Positions 1 through 12,000 of a DNA stretch of 64,000 bases are shown piece after piece. This DNA comes from Mizuhopecten yessoensis. Its lineage: Eukaryota. Each line of letters starts with the position of its first letter. The first letter of the stretch is position 1. Location of the stretch: positions 107,592 to 171,591 of the forward strand of contig NW_018408834.1 of NCBI RefSeq assembly GCF_002113885.1. The letters run 5' to 3'. The notes below the pieces were generated by a model that did no database searches, had not been told where the DNA came from, and saw only the letters and a program-made list of their open reading frames with translations. The position numbers and the translations under genes are program-made.

Positions 1-598
1 CATAGCAGGGAAAGTAGAGTGTTACTATCAAATACGACATGTTTAAACCGTAGCAGGGAAAGTAGAGTGTTACTCTCAAATATGACATGTTAACATCATA
101 GCAGGGAAAGTAGAGTGTTACTATCAAATACGACATGTTTACAATGTAGCAGGGAAAGTAGAGTGTTATTATCAAATACAACACGTTTACACCGTAGAAG
201 GGAAAGTAGAGTGTTACTATCAAATACGACACGTTTACATCGAAGCAGTGAAAGTAGAAAGTTACTATCAAATACGACATGTTTACACTATAGCAGGGAA
301 AGTAGAGTGTTACGATCAAATACGACATGTTTACACCGTAGCAAGAAAATGAGAGTGTTACTATCAAATACGACATGTTAACACTGTAGCAGGGAAAGTA
401 GATTGTTACTATCAAATACGACATGTTAACACCATAGCAGGGAAAGTAGAGTATTACTATCAAATACGAAATGTTTACACCGTAGCAAGGAAATTAGAGT
501 GTTACTATCAAATACGACATGTTTACACCGTAGCAGGGAAAGTAGAGTGTTACTATCAAATACGACATGTTTACACCGTAGCAGGGAAAATAAAGTGT
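1..598. repeat. 59/60-bp minisatellite, about 10 copies, running off the window start
   Basis: Unit GTAGCAGGGAAAGTAGAGTGTTACTATCAAATACGACATGTTTACACC-like is repeated head-to-tail. ORF 115..381 is only its translation. Confidence 0.95.
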
Positions 599-599
599 A

Positions 600-2640
600 T
601 TTATCAAGAAAGGGAACGATCTCGAAATTAGAAATCTTACGGCTGACCGTACAGCTATGTAGTAAGCCGTAGCTGATCGTACAGGTATGTAGTAAGCCGT
701 ACCTGATCGTACAGCTATGTAGTAAGCCGTAGCTGATCGTACAGCTATGTAGTAAGTCGTAGCTGATCGTACAGCTATGAAGTAAGCCGTAGCTGATCGT
801 ACAGCTTTGTAGTAAGCCGTACCTGATCGTACAGCTATGTAGTAAGTCGTAGCTGATCGTACAGTTTTGTGGTGAGTCGTACCTGATCGTACAGCTATGT
901 AGTAAGTCGTACCTGATCGTACAGCTATGTAGTAAGCCGTTGCTGATCGTACAGCTATGTAGTAAGCCGTAGCTGATCGTACAGCTTTGTAGTAAGCCGT
1001 ACCTGATCGTACAGCTATGTAGTAAGTCGTAGCTGATCGTACAGCTATGAAGTAAGCCGTACCTGATCGTACAGCTTAGTAGTAAGCCGTACCTGACCGT
1101 ACAGCTATGTAGTAAGTCGTAGCTGATCGTACAGCTATGTAGTAAGTCGTACCTGATCGTACAGCTTTGTAGTAAGTCGTACCTGATCGTACAGCTATGT
1201 AGTAAGCCGTAACTGATCGTACAGCTATGTAGTAAGTCGTACCTGATCGTACAGCTTTGTAGTAAGCCGTCCCTGATCGTACAGTTTTGTGGTGAGTCGT
1301 AGCTGATCGTACAGCTATGTAGTAAGTCGTACCTGATCGTACAGCTACGTAGTAAGTCGTACCTGATCGTACAGCTATGTCGTAAGCCGTAACTGATCGT
1401 ACAGCTATGTAGTAAGGCGTACCTGATCGTACAGCTTTGTAGTAAGCCGTAGCTGATCGTACAGCTTTGTAGTAAGCCGTACCTGATCGTACAGCTATGT
1501 AGTAAGCCGTAACTGATCGTACAGCTTTGTAGTAAGTCGTAGCTGATCGTACAGCTATGTAGTAAGTCGTAGCTGATCGTACAGCTATGTAGTAAGTCGT
1601 ACCTGATCGTACAGCTATGTAGTCTCCTGATGGTGTCGTTGTTAGTAAAGATAGAAGATAGCGACTGGCGTAGAATAGTTTGTGTAGTATCTTTGATTCA
1701 ATTTCACGAGGGTTTGTACGATCAATGTGGTCAATAAATCTCCTGTCGTTTAGAAACAGCATATCGTCGACATAATTGACCAAACGTTCCTTTAAATTCT
1801 TCAAAATACCCTTTCAATTATTACACTCCTGAAGTATATAGCGTTATAAAGCGACTGTTTTACTGACTATATGGTACTTAGACGGGTATTAATAAGTTTG
1901 GATAATGGCAAACAGAGCAAGCGATAAAACGTTACTTATAAGAATTCTTGTGAAGTTTCGGAGTCCATTACAAACGAGGCAGGTCCATATACTTATCCGT
2001 GGGTATGCGGAAAGATTGTAATACAGAATCGTGATTTTGATAGTATTTCGTCTTTTGAAAAAAAAGAATTGTATAGGTATGGTTCATTTTGCAAGTAGGA
2101 CATGTAATAGTATTTGCAGACAAGGATTACGTTATTAGACGTATTGTCTTCAGACCAAACTAAATGCTTGTGATACAATTCGTTGAGTGTGGTTTGGAAT
2201 TTTGGTCAATATATACAGACTTGTGTTTCGCTTTCGTTTCAATTTCAAGCTGCTAAGACTTTTTTGGGATCCAATTAAACATGATCTCATTTTGCTAAAG
2301 GTCTGATGTAATCTTCCACAGAATCCCCCAGTATCCTAAAACTCGCAGTCCATGTAATAGTCTGAGCCACTCTGTCCTTTGTACCTTCATAGAATTATAT
2401 TTATTTAAATCGCCAGTAATAAGGTACCATGCACGTGTCCAGCAGGAACAAAGTTGTACTATTGAAGAACGAGACTATGTTGAAGTTGGAGTTATTCTAA
2501 GATCATCTAAATTCATATTCGCCCTTGTAAAACAAGGTAAATCGCGGGGGAAAAGAATCGTGTTTCCTTACAAGGGCAACAAATACATGTTAGTTGAAAA
2601 TTGTTCATATAGTTTGACTATCTTCAATTAAAAACCATAG
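600..2640 (-). mobile_element. Degenerate Penelope-like retroelement reverse transcriptase remnant, interrupted by a minisatellite
   Basis: Minus-strand translations give, in the expected order: YNFVPAGHV, LNELYHKHLVWSEDNTSNNVILVCKYYY (cf. ADKAxNNxxxVCKxYY), DLPRL*WTPKLHKNSYK*RFIA (cf. LPxLYWIPKLHKxPYKxRFIA), YVDDMLFLND (RT YxDD), RLTTKLYDQ and NFEIVPFLD. Stops and frameshifts occur throughout. Confidence 0.85.
640..1623. repeat. 30-bp minisatellite, about 33 copies
   Basis: Unit GTAGTAAG(C/T)CGTA(G/C)CTGATCGTACAGCT(A/T)T. It produces the repetitive part of ORF 1076..1804. Confidence 0.97.
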
Positions 2641-3086
2641 TTAGCAGTGTACAGTAGCGTACGGTGGCCATGGGAAATATTTTTGTACAATGGATAACCC
2701 CTGTAATATTACAAGTATCAATTATTTTTTTTTAAAAACAGCACTAAAATTGGCATACATGATGAAGTGGGCTATGTGGGCTTCATATTTAAAAAAAATC
2801 GAATTCGGTTTGAGACTACATTTTTTGGCCATTTACAAATCTGTGTCTACACAACAAACGTCTCTAAGGCGCAAGCTACAACAAAGATTTTTTTTACATC
2901 CGAGTCAAAGATATTATGAGATTAGAAAGTAATTTCGTTATATTGTATACGTTATCTCCGTGAACAGCTATAGAGATAACCGAGCTGTAAACTTTAAACA
3001 ATAATATCTACAGAACATGACGAGACGATCTAGATTTGGACCTAAACTAATGTGATTTGAGTTTGAGTCATATGATCATGGGGGGG

Positions 3087-3153
3087 NNNNNNNNNNNNNN
3101 NNNNNNNNNNNNNNNNNNNNNNNNNNNNNNNNNNNNNNNNNNNNNNNNNNNNN
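3087..3153. other. Assembly gap (67 N) flanked by poly-G
   Basis: N run between G homopolymers. Confidence 0.99.
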
Positions 3154-3759
3154 GGGGGGGCATTTTTACCGAAAGTCGATCTAAACCCCTAAAATATGTC
3201 AAATTACTCTGAACACCTTAGCCGGTTTAGATCAAATATAGTTGTAACAAATTATCAGGTCCCTGTGATCTTAAGCAGCGATGCTACAGTTCAAAGTCAA
3301 CATATATACAAATATGAAATGGTCAATAGTTCCATGAGAGGGAGTTTTATTTTAAAGATTCCTCATATAATATAGATGGCCTTGGCTTTGGCTTTATTTC
3401 TCAGATTAGAATCTAATTAAGGCTCACTTGAATTGTTTCAGAGTGCCAAATGATTTTTTTTAAATTCCAATAGCTACTTAAAATTCAGAAATTAAAATAT
3501 AAATTTGTAATTAAACTCCTTAGGCCGTTTTCGTTTAAACGGTTGAACCGATCAGACCACAGTTGTTCCTTTATTAAATAGGTCGGACCTAGTAATCTGA
3601 CAGAAGCTGCTTTCAGGCGAGCCTTGACAAAGCCTTGCAAGGCCTGCATTAACATGTGCAGGTCCGCCAACATTTATATCCGAAATTATAACATTTACAA
3701 ACGGACAAACCGGTTGTTCCGCATAAACGAACAGGCCCAGCCTGTCTTGGACCGGTAGA

Positions 3760-3845
3760 AAAAAAAATCACCGGAAATTGTCTGACTTGTCTCCCTTATG
3801 CCGTCTTCCGTCAAAACATCAAGTTGAAAAAGGCGGGGCAGACAG
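3760..3845 (+). promoter_or_regulatory. Probable calpain-5 promoter and non-coding first exon
   Basis: CpG-richer patch with ETS-like CCGGAAAT (3771). Strong donor CAG|GTATGT at 3845/3846; the next exon acceptor TTTTCAG| is at 5960/5961. Confidence 0.55.
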
Positions 3846-4629
3846 GTATGTATTCGTAAGATTCATTGCGATATTAAATGAAATACGCTTCTCAAACAAC
3901 TTTAGTAAAGTTCCTTCGATATTGCTAGACAAGTAAATAGGATGATTAATTAATGAAAAATTAGCTAAAAGCTTCACGAAGTTGAAAACGTGATGGAATG
4001 CTACAGTTGTTTATTCGGACAAACCTGTTGAGGGCGCGTCTAATTACCCAATACTACCCAATACCACCCAATACTCCCCAATACTACCCCATACGATCCA
4101 GTTATGAACCAAATACTTCTTTATTACTGTGAAATATCACCTTTGTAGACGTTATTTACTTCCATCTGCCATATTTATCGGGAAATATGCGATTTGGTGC
4201 CGAAAACATCACCGAATTGCCGTGACTATGACCCAATACTACCCAATACTACCCCATACGACCCAATTATGACATATTCCTCTGCTGTCAGGTCTTATAC
4301 AACAGGCACCTCCAAATTGTTCGGGGTTCATTTCCTTCTTTCTGTAAATAACCAAGGATGGGAGATTGAAGTATGACCTGGATTGAGACATCATAATAAG
4401 ATAATCTCTTACCAAGTTTCATGTTTGGCAGTATCACATTGATGTTATGAACTTATAAATCTCACAAAATTTGTGTTCAATTTATTTAAATCTAACAAGA
4501 TAAAAAAATAATACAACAATTTGTATCAGGTGATTCTATTATTCAAATGCATCCATATTTTGATTTTATCATTTTCCCTTGCAATAAATGATCTATCTGC
4601 ATCTCATCCTTACCAGAATAGGCCAAACT

Positions 4630-5440
4630 TAAACCTATGTTCTAGTTCTAGTTATAGTTATTTTCCAGTACAGGAATCGAACAATATGTTCCTCTACACC
4701 GGACTCTATTATACATGTAATATGTTCTCATGTTTAAATATTAGAGTTCACTTCCATCTATGGTTGCCTTATAATTATAAAGTATTTCCTGATTTTTCCA
4801 TATGTCCAGTCTATTCTTGAAAGTGTTTATATTAGGTGCCGATACAACGTCCTCGGGAAGAACGTTCCACATTTTTACAGTTCTAATACCAAAGCTGTTT
4901 TTCCTTAGTGTAGTTTTGAATTGTTGCGGGAAGATTATTTTTGAATTCCCCCTACTGCTGTGACGCCTTGTTACATCCTTCCAAAGTTTAATAAAATTAC
5001 AGGATTCCCTGTCGTATATTCCGCTTATTATCTTATATAGTTCAATCATATCCCCTCTAGCCCTTCTGTATGATAGTGTTGGGAGTTCCAGCTTTTGTAG
5101 TCTTTCTTGGTATGTTAAGTTTTTCATCCCCGGTAAACTCCTAGTTGCTCTGCGCTGCACGGCTTCCACTCTATCAATATCTTTTGCTTTATACGGTGCC
5201 CAAACAGAACTAGCATAGTCAAGTTGTGATCTTACTAAACATTTGTATAACGGGGGAAAGGTGGTATAATTCATAAAATTAAAAGTTCTTCTTAACAGTC
5301 CGAAAATTTGGTTTGACTTTTTTACTTTTTCGCTGATATGGTTTTCAAAACTCAATTCCGAGTCTACAGTAACGCCAATATCTTTTTCTTGTCTGTTTTT
5401 TGTAGATTGTTCCCAAGTAATTGATACGATCCCGTTGTTC
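4630..5440 (-). mobile_element. 5'-truncated CR1/L2-clade LINE 3' end (ORF2 C-terminus plus 3' tail) in calpain intron 1
   Basis: ORF 4741..5355 contains LYKCLVRSQLDYASSVWAPY...IDRVEAVQRRATR...YQERLQKLELPTLSYRRARGDMIELYKI...WNVLPEDVVSAPNINTFKNRLD, the canonical CR1 ORF2 C-terminus. Confidence 0.92.
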
Positions 5441-6053
5441 TGCTTCGAAGTTTGTATTTCTCTAAATACAAATTATATATATATATTGTAATTGAAACCT
5501 TGAAGATTAAATTCAGTTTATAATAGAGGTGTATGTGTTGAAACTGTCGTTTCAGTTTATGGGTATACATACTTCTTGCATTCGGCATAGAAGAACTGCT
5601 CCCGGTTTCTTTCAAGAGCAACATATACCAAGGGAATTAACTCTGTTTTGCCTTTACCTTTATATATAAGCATGTTTATTACCTTTAAAGAACTTCATTC
5701 GGTTACATGTGGCATCCTAGAGCAACACTCTTAAAACATACAAGTACCCTGTACGTATTTAAGCTTCATTGTCAAGCAGTAACAAATCAACTATTGTATT
5801 GGAAGAACCTATAGGAAGACTATATATATATAGCTATATACCAGTTAACAAGAGTGTAACTGAATCCTCCCTGTTACAACAGCTCCAAGGCCGTAAAAAG
5901 GGCAGGTTCTTGATGCATGTATTAATTTCTAATTAATTTCCATATACTTCTACTTTTCAGATCTGAGCTTTGTTTGTAGATCTGATTGAGTAGTCTCCCC
6001 TTTTGGCCTGATTGAGAAGTCTACCAGTTGAACTCACAACAACAAGCATCAGG

Positions 6054-9000
6054 ATGAACATCTTGCCTTGTTTTGGTTCCATGAAGAAATATAAAAACCA
6101 AGACTATGTAAAGCTGAAAAAGGAAAGCAAAGCTAAAGGAAATTTATTTATAGATTTGGAATTCCCACCAGATGACCGTTCCTTATTCTATAGTCAGGGG
6201 AAGTTGGCTGATGTGGTGTGGAAAAGACCGAAGGTAAATTAGCGATGTTGTATGCACATACACAGGCCACCAGCCAGCTTACTCAAGTGTTAATTATGCA
6301 CTTCAACATTCACAGATATTTTTTGGACATCTTGTGCAATTTTTCAAAGGGCTTCATGTATTATTTCACATATAGACCTTCTGACCACATGTATTTTACT
6401 ATATTGTACTAGTTAGATATCCAGGGTTCCAGATGTAGTCCATTTTTTTCCTGCAAAGTTGATATGTTTTGTATTTCTTTAACTTATATACAAATATAAA
6501 TAAAACTTTGACAAACAAAGCAGTTTGTGTGAGAGTACCTATGTGGTAGTAAATGCGCATCTGTTTCCCTGCCGGGGAAGCACATGTACAGGGGACAATG
6601 GTATAATTTCAGCAGCTGTTGTTCATATATACTGATATCTATCTCATACTGTCATTAAAATGATAAGGATTAGTGTTACACATCATTTCACACTAAGCCT
6701 GTGCCACGGATAAATTATATATTAAAAAATGTATGCAACACAAATACACTCTCCCAACACAATGATTCTTTGATTGACCTAATCATTACAGGATTAGTGT
6801 AAGATGGTATCAATATGTTTCAGTTTATGCACATGTATATAAAACCTTTGTCTTACATGTGCATGTTTATATGTTTGATAAAGCTGGCGCTTTAATCATT
6901 AAAAATCAAGCTGAAACATTTGTGGTATTGCAATACACGGAAATTAAAAAATTTATTGAATTTAATATTTCAGTCATAAGATCTAATAGATTTTTAGGTC
7001 ACCTGAGCTTTAGCTCAAGTGACCTATTGCTATCCGTTTTCGTCCGTCGTCGTCCGTCGTCCGTTAACATTTTACATTTCAAACTTAAAGTCAAGTTCTG
7101 CTGGGCCGATTGAACTGAAAGTTGGTAGGAATGATCGCCTCATGGTCCTGACAAAGTGTTGTTATTTTTTGGGTCGATCAGAAATCCAATATGGCCACCA
7201 CGGCCGCCATTTTGAAAACCTATTTCAAACTTAAAGTCAAGTTCTGCTGGACCGATTGAACTTAAAGTTTGTAGGAATGATCGACTCATGGTCCTGACAA
7301 AGTGTTGTTATTTTTCAGGTCAATCATAAATCCAATATGGCCGCCACGGCCACCATTTTGAAAACATATTTCAAACTTAAAGTCAAGTTCTGCTAGGCCG
7401 ATTGAACTGAAACTTTGTAGGAATGATTGACTCATGGTCCTGACAAAGTGTTGTTATTTTTCAGGTCGATCAGAAATCCAATATGGCCACCACAGCTGCC
7501 ATTTTGGAAAACTATTTCAAACTTAAAGTAAAGATCTACTTGGCCGATTGAACTGAAACTTTGTAGGAATGATCGAATCATGGTCCTGACAAAGTGTTGT
7601 TATTTTTCGGGTCAATCAGAAATACAATTTGGCTGCCATGGCCGCTATTTTGCTACTAAGTTCTAATAGGCCGATCTCACTTAAAATTGGTCTAGGAATG
7701 ATCAGCTCATGGTCCTGACAAAGTTAAGTTAACATTATACTTTTTTTTACTCAAATTGGTACATATTTCAACAACAAAAATAAATACTGTAGACTCAGGT
7801 GACCGTTAAGGCCCATGGGCCTCTTGTTAACTTCACTATTTATATATTTTAGTATTAATTGTATTACAAATACCAGATATATATGTTACCAGGTACTATA
7901 GCACATGATTGGTAGGTTATTACTTCATGCCTCCAACACTGTACAGATGTAGCTATATGTTTTGGTACAGTTTCTACAAAATACAACACTGTTTATTTAT
8001 TCTTAATTTTCTTGCATATTTCATAACACAAAAATATTGGCCTGAAGATTCTGTACAGTAAAAGCTTGATATAAAGCCACTCATTCCATTTGCCACAATT
8101 CCCTTCACTTAATTGCCTAACCCCTTATAATGCCAAACTTTATCTTGACAAATGGTGGCCGTATAATGAGATTTTACTGTACTCTGTAGCTAAAACTTAT
8201 TGTTATTTTCACTGCCAAGTGCTGATTTTACGTGCGGCTACCTGTCTGACGGCAACAATCTGAGTCAAGTCAATGTTTTCCTTCACACAGGGGGCTACAA
8301 TCACAATTGATTTAAATACAAAGGAGACAACAGGCCACACTTACAGAGTGGGAATAAGGCATACTCAAATGTAACAGCTGGTCACACTATTATCATATAT
8401 AGTAGTCTTACGTTAGATAACTATACTGAAGATCAGAAATAGTGATAACCTTACTACATCTATTGAGGAAGATCCAGAAAGAATCTCCATTATTCATAGT
8501 CACCTTTCCAGTTTTCTTAACATGTAATTTGTAGATTTCCCTCAATACATTGACATTTTAGCTGCCTTTATAACATCATCATTTTAACCAACAAAACCCC
8601 AGCTTTATAAAAATGAGTATTGTTTTTGGTTCCTGTTTGATGTATGTTTTGTACTGTTATATTGTATAACAAATTACACAAAATTTGATATCAACAGTCA
8701 CTCTTTATCCAAGATTTCAGGCTTTCATCAGAGATTTAATGGTTCTGACCCTTACGTCACATCCAATCCCTGATAAAGGGCTATAAGCCTTGGATCTAGA
8801 GTGACTGTTGATATTTATTTTATTATGTTTCCTGTATTATGAACATTGTGATAGATATTTAGGAAAATTGTTTTTTTGTATATTGACAGCAAATCACTGA
8901 CAACCCCAAGCTATTTGTGGAGGGAGCCAGTGCTGGGGACGTTACTCAGGGTCGCCTTGGTAACTGCTGGTTTGTCGCCGCCTCCTCTTGTCTATCAGCA

Positions 9001-12000
9001 AACAAAGATGTCTGGGACAGGGTGAGATAATGTTTTATCACATAATTCTTTGCTTAAGAAGTTAAGACCTATGTATACCTATATGTACACATACCAGGGA
9101 CTTATCACACACCTTTCTAAGCCAGTTAACAAACACTTTCACACTTATTCACAGTGGCGAAAAATGTTTTAATCAACTTTGTGAAAATAACTCGTATGCT
9201 TATGATGTACTTACTAAATCACTTTAAAATCACTTTTAACTAACTAGAACCTCCCATTAAGATTTGACATTTTAAAAACTGATAAAACCTTTTGTTATTT
9301 GTTATCAACATATGAAAATTATCAATTTTCCCAGTTTTGTTGTTGAATTTCATATTCTCATCTATAAGATGTCATGACATATTGTGTTATGGTATTTTCA
9401 ACCTGAACGGCTGGCTGGCTGGCTGACTGGCTGGCTGGCTTTGTGTTGATACATATTTTGAATATGATTATCAGAGTTTAATTAAATCGGAAAAGGGAGA
9501 CAATCCCTATACAGAATTTTATTGTACTTTTGCTTGAAGTTTTGACCCAAGATCAATTTTCTAACATTCCAAAAAATCACAAATGTGAGAATATTTTGGG
9601 TAAGGGAAATTGTTCTCCTGTGCTTGAAGTGATCTGTTGTTCGTACTCTGATTTTACATGTGATATTTCTGTACAGGTAATCCCAGACTGGCAAGACCAG
9701 GAATGGGATGACAATGATACTGACAAGTATCAGGGAATATTTCATTTCCGGTTCTGGAGGTATGGAGAGTGGATAGACATTGTCATTGACGATATGTTAC
9801 CCACCATCAACAATGAACTGGTCTTTATTCACTCCCAGAGTAAGAATGAATTCTGGAGTGCCCTGCTGGAAAAAGCCTATGCGAAGTAAGTGCTAACAAC
9901 CTAGTTCTATTAAGGGTCCCTGCCCCACTGCAGGCAAAACACTAGAGAGTTCCACTGTAGTTTTTCGTATGTACCGTGACCTCCCTATAATTTTGTTTTG
10001 GATATTATAATTGTAGCACGAGTGGGCCAGGGTACTACACCTGACTAGGTAGTTCAATTGGTTAGAGTGACAGTTTAATGATTGTAGCTAGAGTCCAGGC
10101 TTTGGATCTTGGTCTGGCTCTTATTGGAAATGATTTATCAAAGCTATAGTCATGCAGAAAAAAATGGTTTCAAATGCACTGCCAAGTTCCATTTTTCAGC
10201 ATAATTTCTATGTTGTAGGCTATTTGGTTGGTATGTTGAGAGTTTGGTTGGTATTTATGGGTTTGGTTGCTATGTAAGGATCAGGTTGCTATGTTGAGAG
10301 TTTGGTTTCTGTTTGTGGGTTTGGTTTCTATGTATGAATCTGGTTTCTATGTTGAGAGTTTGATTGGTATGTATGGGGTTGGTTTCTTTGTATGGATCTG
10401 GTTGCTTTGTTGAGAGTTTGATTGGTATGTATGGGTTTGGTTGCTATGTAAGGATCTGGCTGCTATGTTGAGAGTTTGGTTGGTATGTATGGGTTTGGTT
10501 GATATGTAAGAAATATGGTTACTATGTTGAGATTTTGGTTGGTATATATGTGTTTCGTAGCTATGTAAGAATCTGGTTGCTATGTTGAGAGTTTGGTTGG
10601 TTTGTTTAAACATATTTTATTGACAACATATTAACAAAGGGATTACTGTTTTAAATTATTTAATTTCTGTTTTGTAGGCTGTTTGGTTACTATGCTACGA
10701 GTTAATTACTGTTTCACATTATTTAATTTCTGTTTTGCAGGCTGTTTAGTTGCGATGTTTTGAGTAAATTACTGTTTTACATTATAAACTCACCTGGCCA
10801 AGCGAGCTTATGTCGTGGTGCAACATCCTTCGTCCGTCTGGCGTCCATCTGGCGTCCGTCGTCAATATTTTACTTTAAACAACTTTTTCAAAATAACCAA
10901 AAGGCCTGGGTGATGATATTTGGCCAGAAGCAAACTGGGATGAAGGCCTAGGGCTTCCAAGTTTGTTCAAATAAATGACCTTCACCTATTTTCAAGGTCA
11001 CGGGGATCAAATGTCTTAAAAAATCTTTAAACAGTTTCTACTGAATAACTAAGAGGCCTTGGCTAATAAAATTTGGCAAGTAACATGCTGTGATACAGGA
11101 CAAACAAGTTTGTTCAAACGAATGACCTTGACGTATTTTCAAGGTCACAGGGGTCAAATATGTTTGAAACCTTTAAACAACTGAATAACCAAGAGGCCTA
11201 GGATAATGATATTTGGTCAGTAATTTGCTAGAATGAAGGGCTACCAAGTTTGTTCAAATGAATGATCTTTACTCATATTTAAGGTCACAGGGGTCAAATA
11301 TGTTTAAAACCTTTATACAACTTCTTCTGAATAACCAAGAGGCCTAGGGTTATGATATTTGGCAAGTAGCATGCTGGGATAAAGGGCTACCAAGTTTGTT
11401 AAAGTGAATGACCTTGACTTATATTCAAGGTCACAATGGTGAAATATGTTTTAAACCTTTAGATGATTTCTTCTAAATTAGCAAAAGGCCAAGGGTGATG
11501 ATATTTGGCCATTGACAAGTGAGATTAATACCAGGAGAGCGATTCAGGCCCATTGGGTCTCTTGTTTAATTTCTGTTTTGTAGGCTGTTTTGTATGTTGT
11601 GAGTTAATTACTGTTTTACCGTTATTCCTTTTCTGTTTTGTAGGCTGTTTGGTTGCTATGTTGTGAGTTAATTACTGTTTTACCGTTATTCCTTTTCTGT
11701 TTTGTAGGCTGTTTGGTTGCTATGTTGTGAGTTAATTACTGTTTTACCGTTATTTAATTTCTGTTTTGTAGGCTGTTTGGTTGCTATGAGGCCCTAGATG
11801 GGGGAGAGCTGGGTGAGGCTCTGGAGGATTTTACCGGTGGTGTTTCTGAACAGGTTGACCTAAAAGGTCTGGACCTAGCAAACAAACCAGAAGAGCGTGC
11901 TGACTTGTTTGAACGAATGAAGAAACAGATGGACAGGAAATCCTTGATGGCGGCCTCTATACCAGTATGTATTTTATCCTGTAACGCTAATCTTTTGTAA

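Noticed and set aside
1076-1804. 242-aa Tyr-rich decapeptide-repeat ORF resembling mussel adhesive proteins
   Set aside because: It is an off-frame reading of a minisatellite inside a dead Penelope RT, with a non-ATG start and no signal peptide.
10030-10125. tRNA-like sequence (also near 55510 and 60120)
   Set aside because: Only degenerate A/B boxes with no cloverleaf, so these are SINE heads and not tRNA genes.
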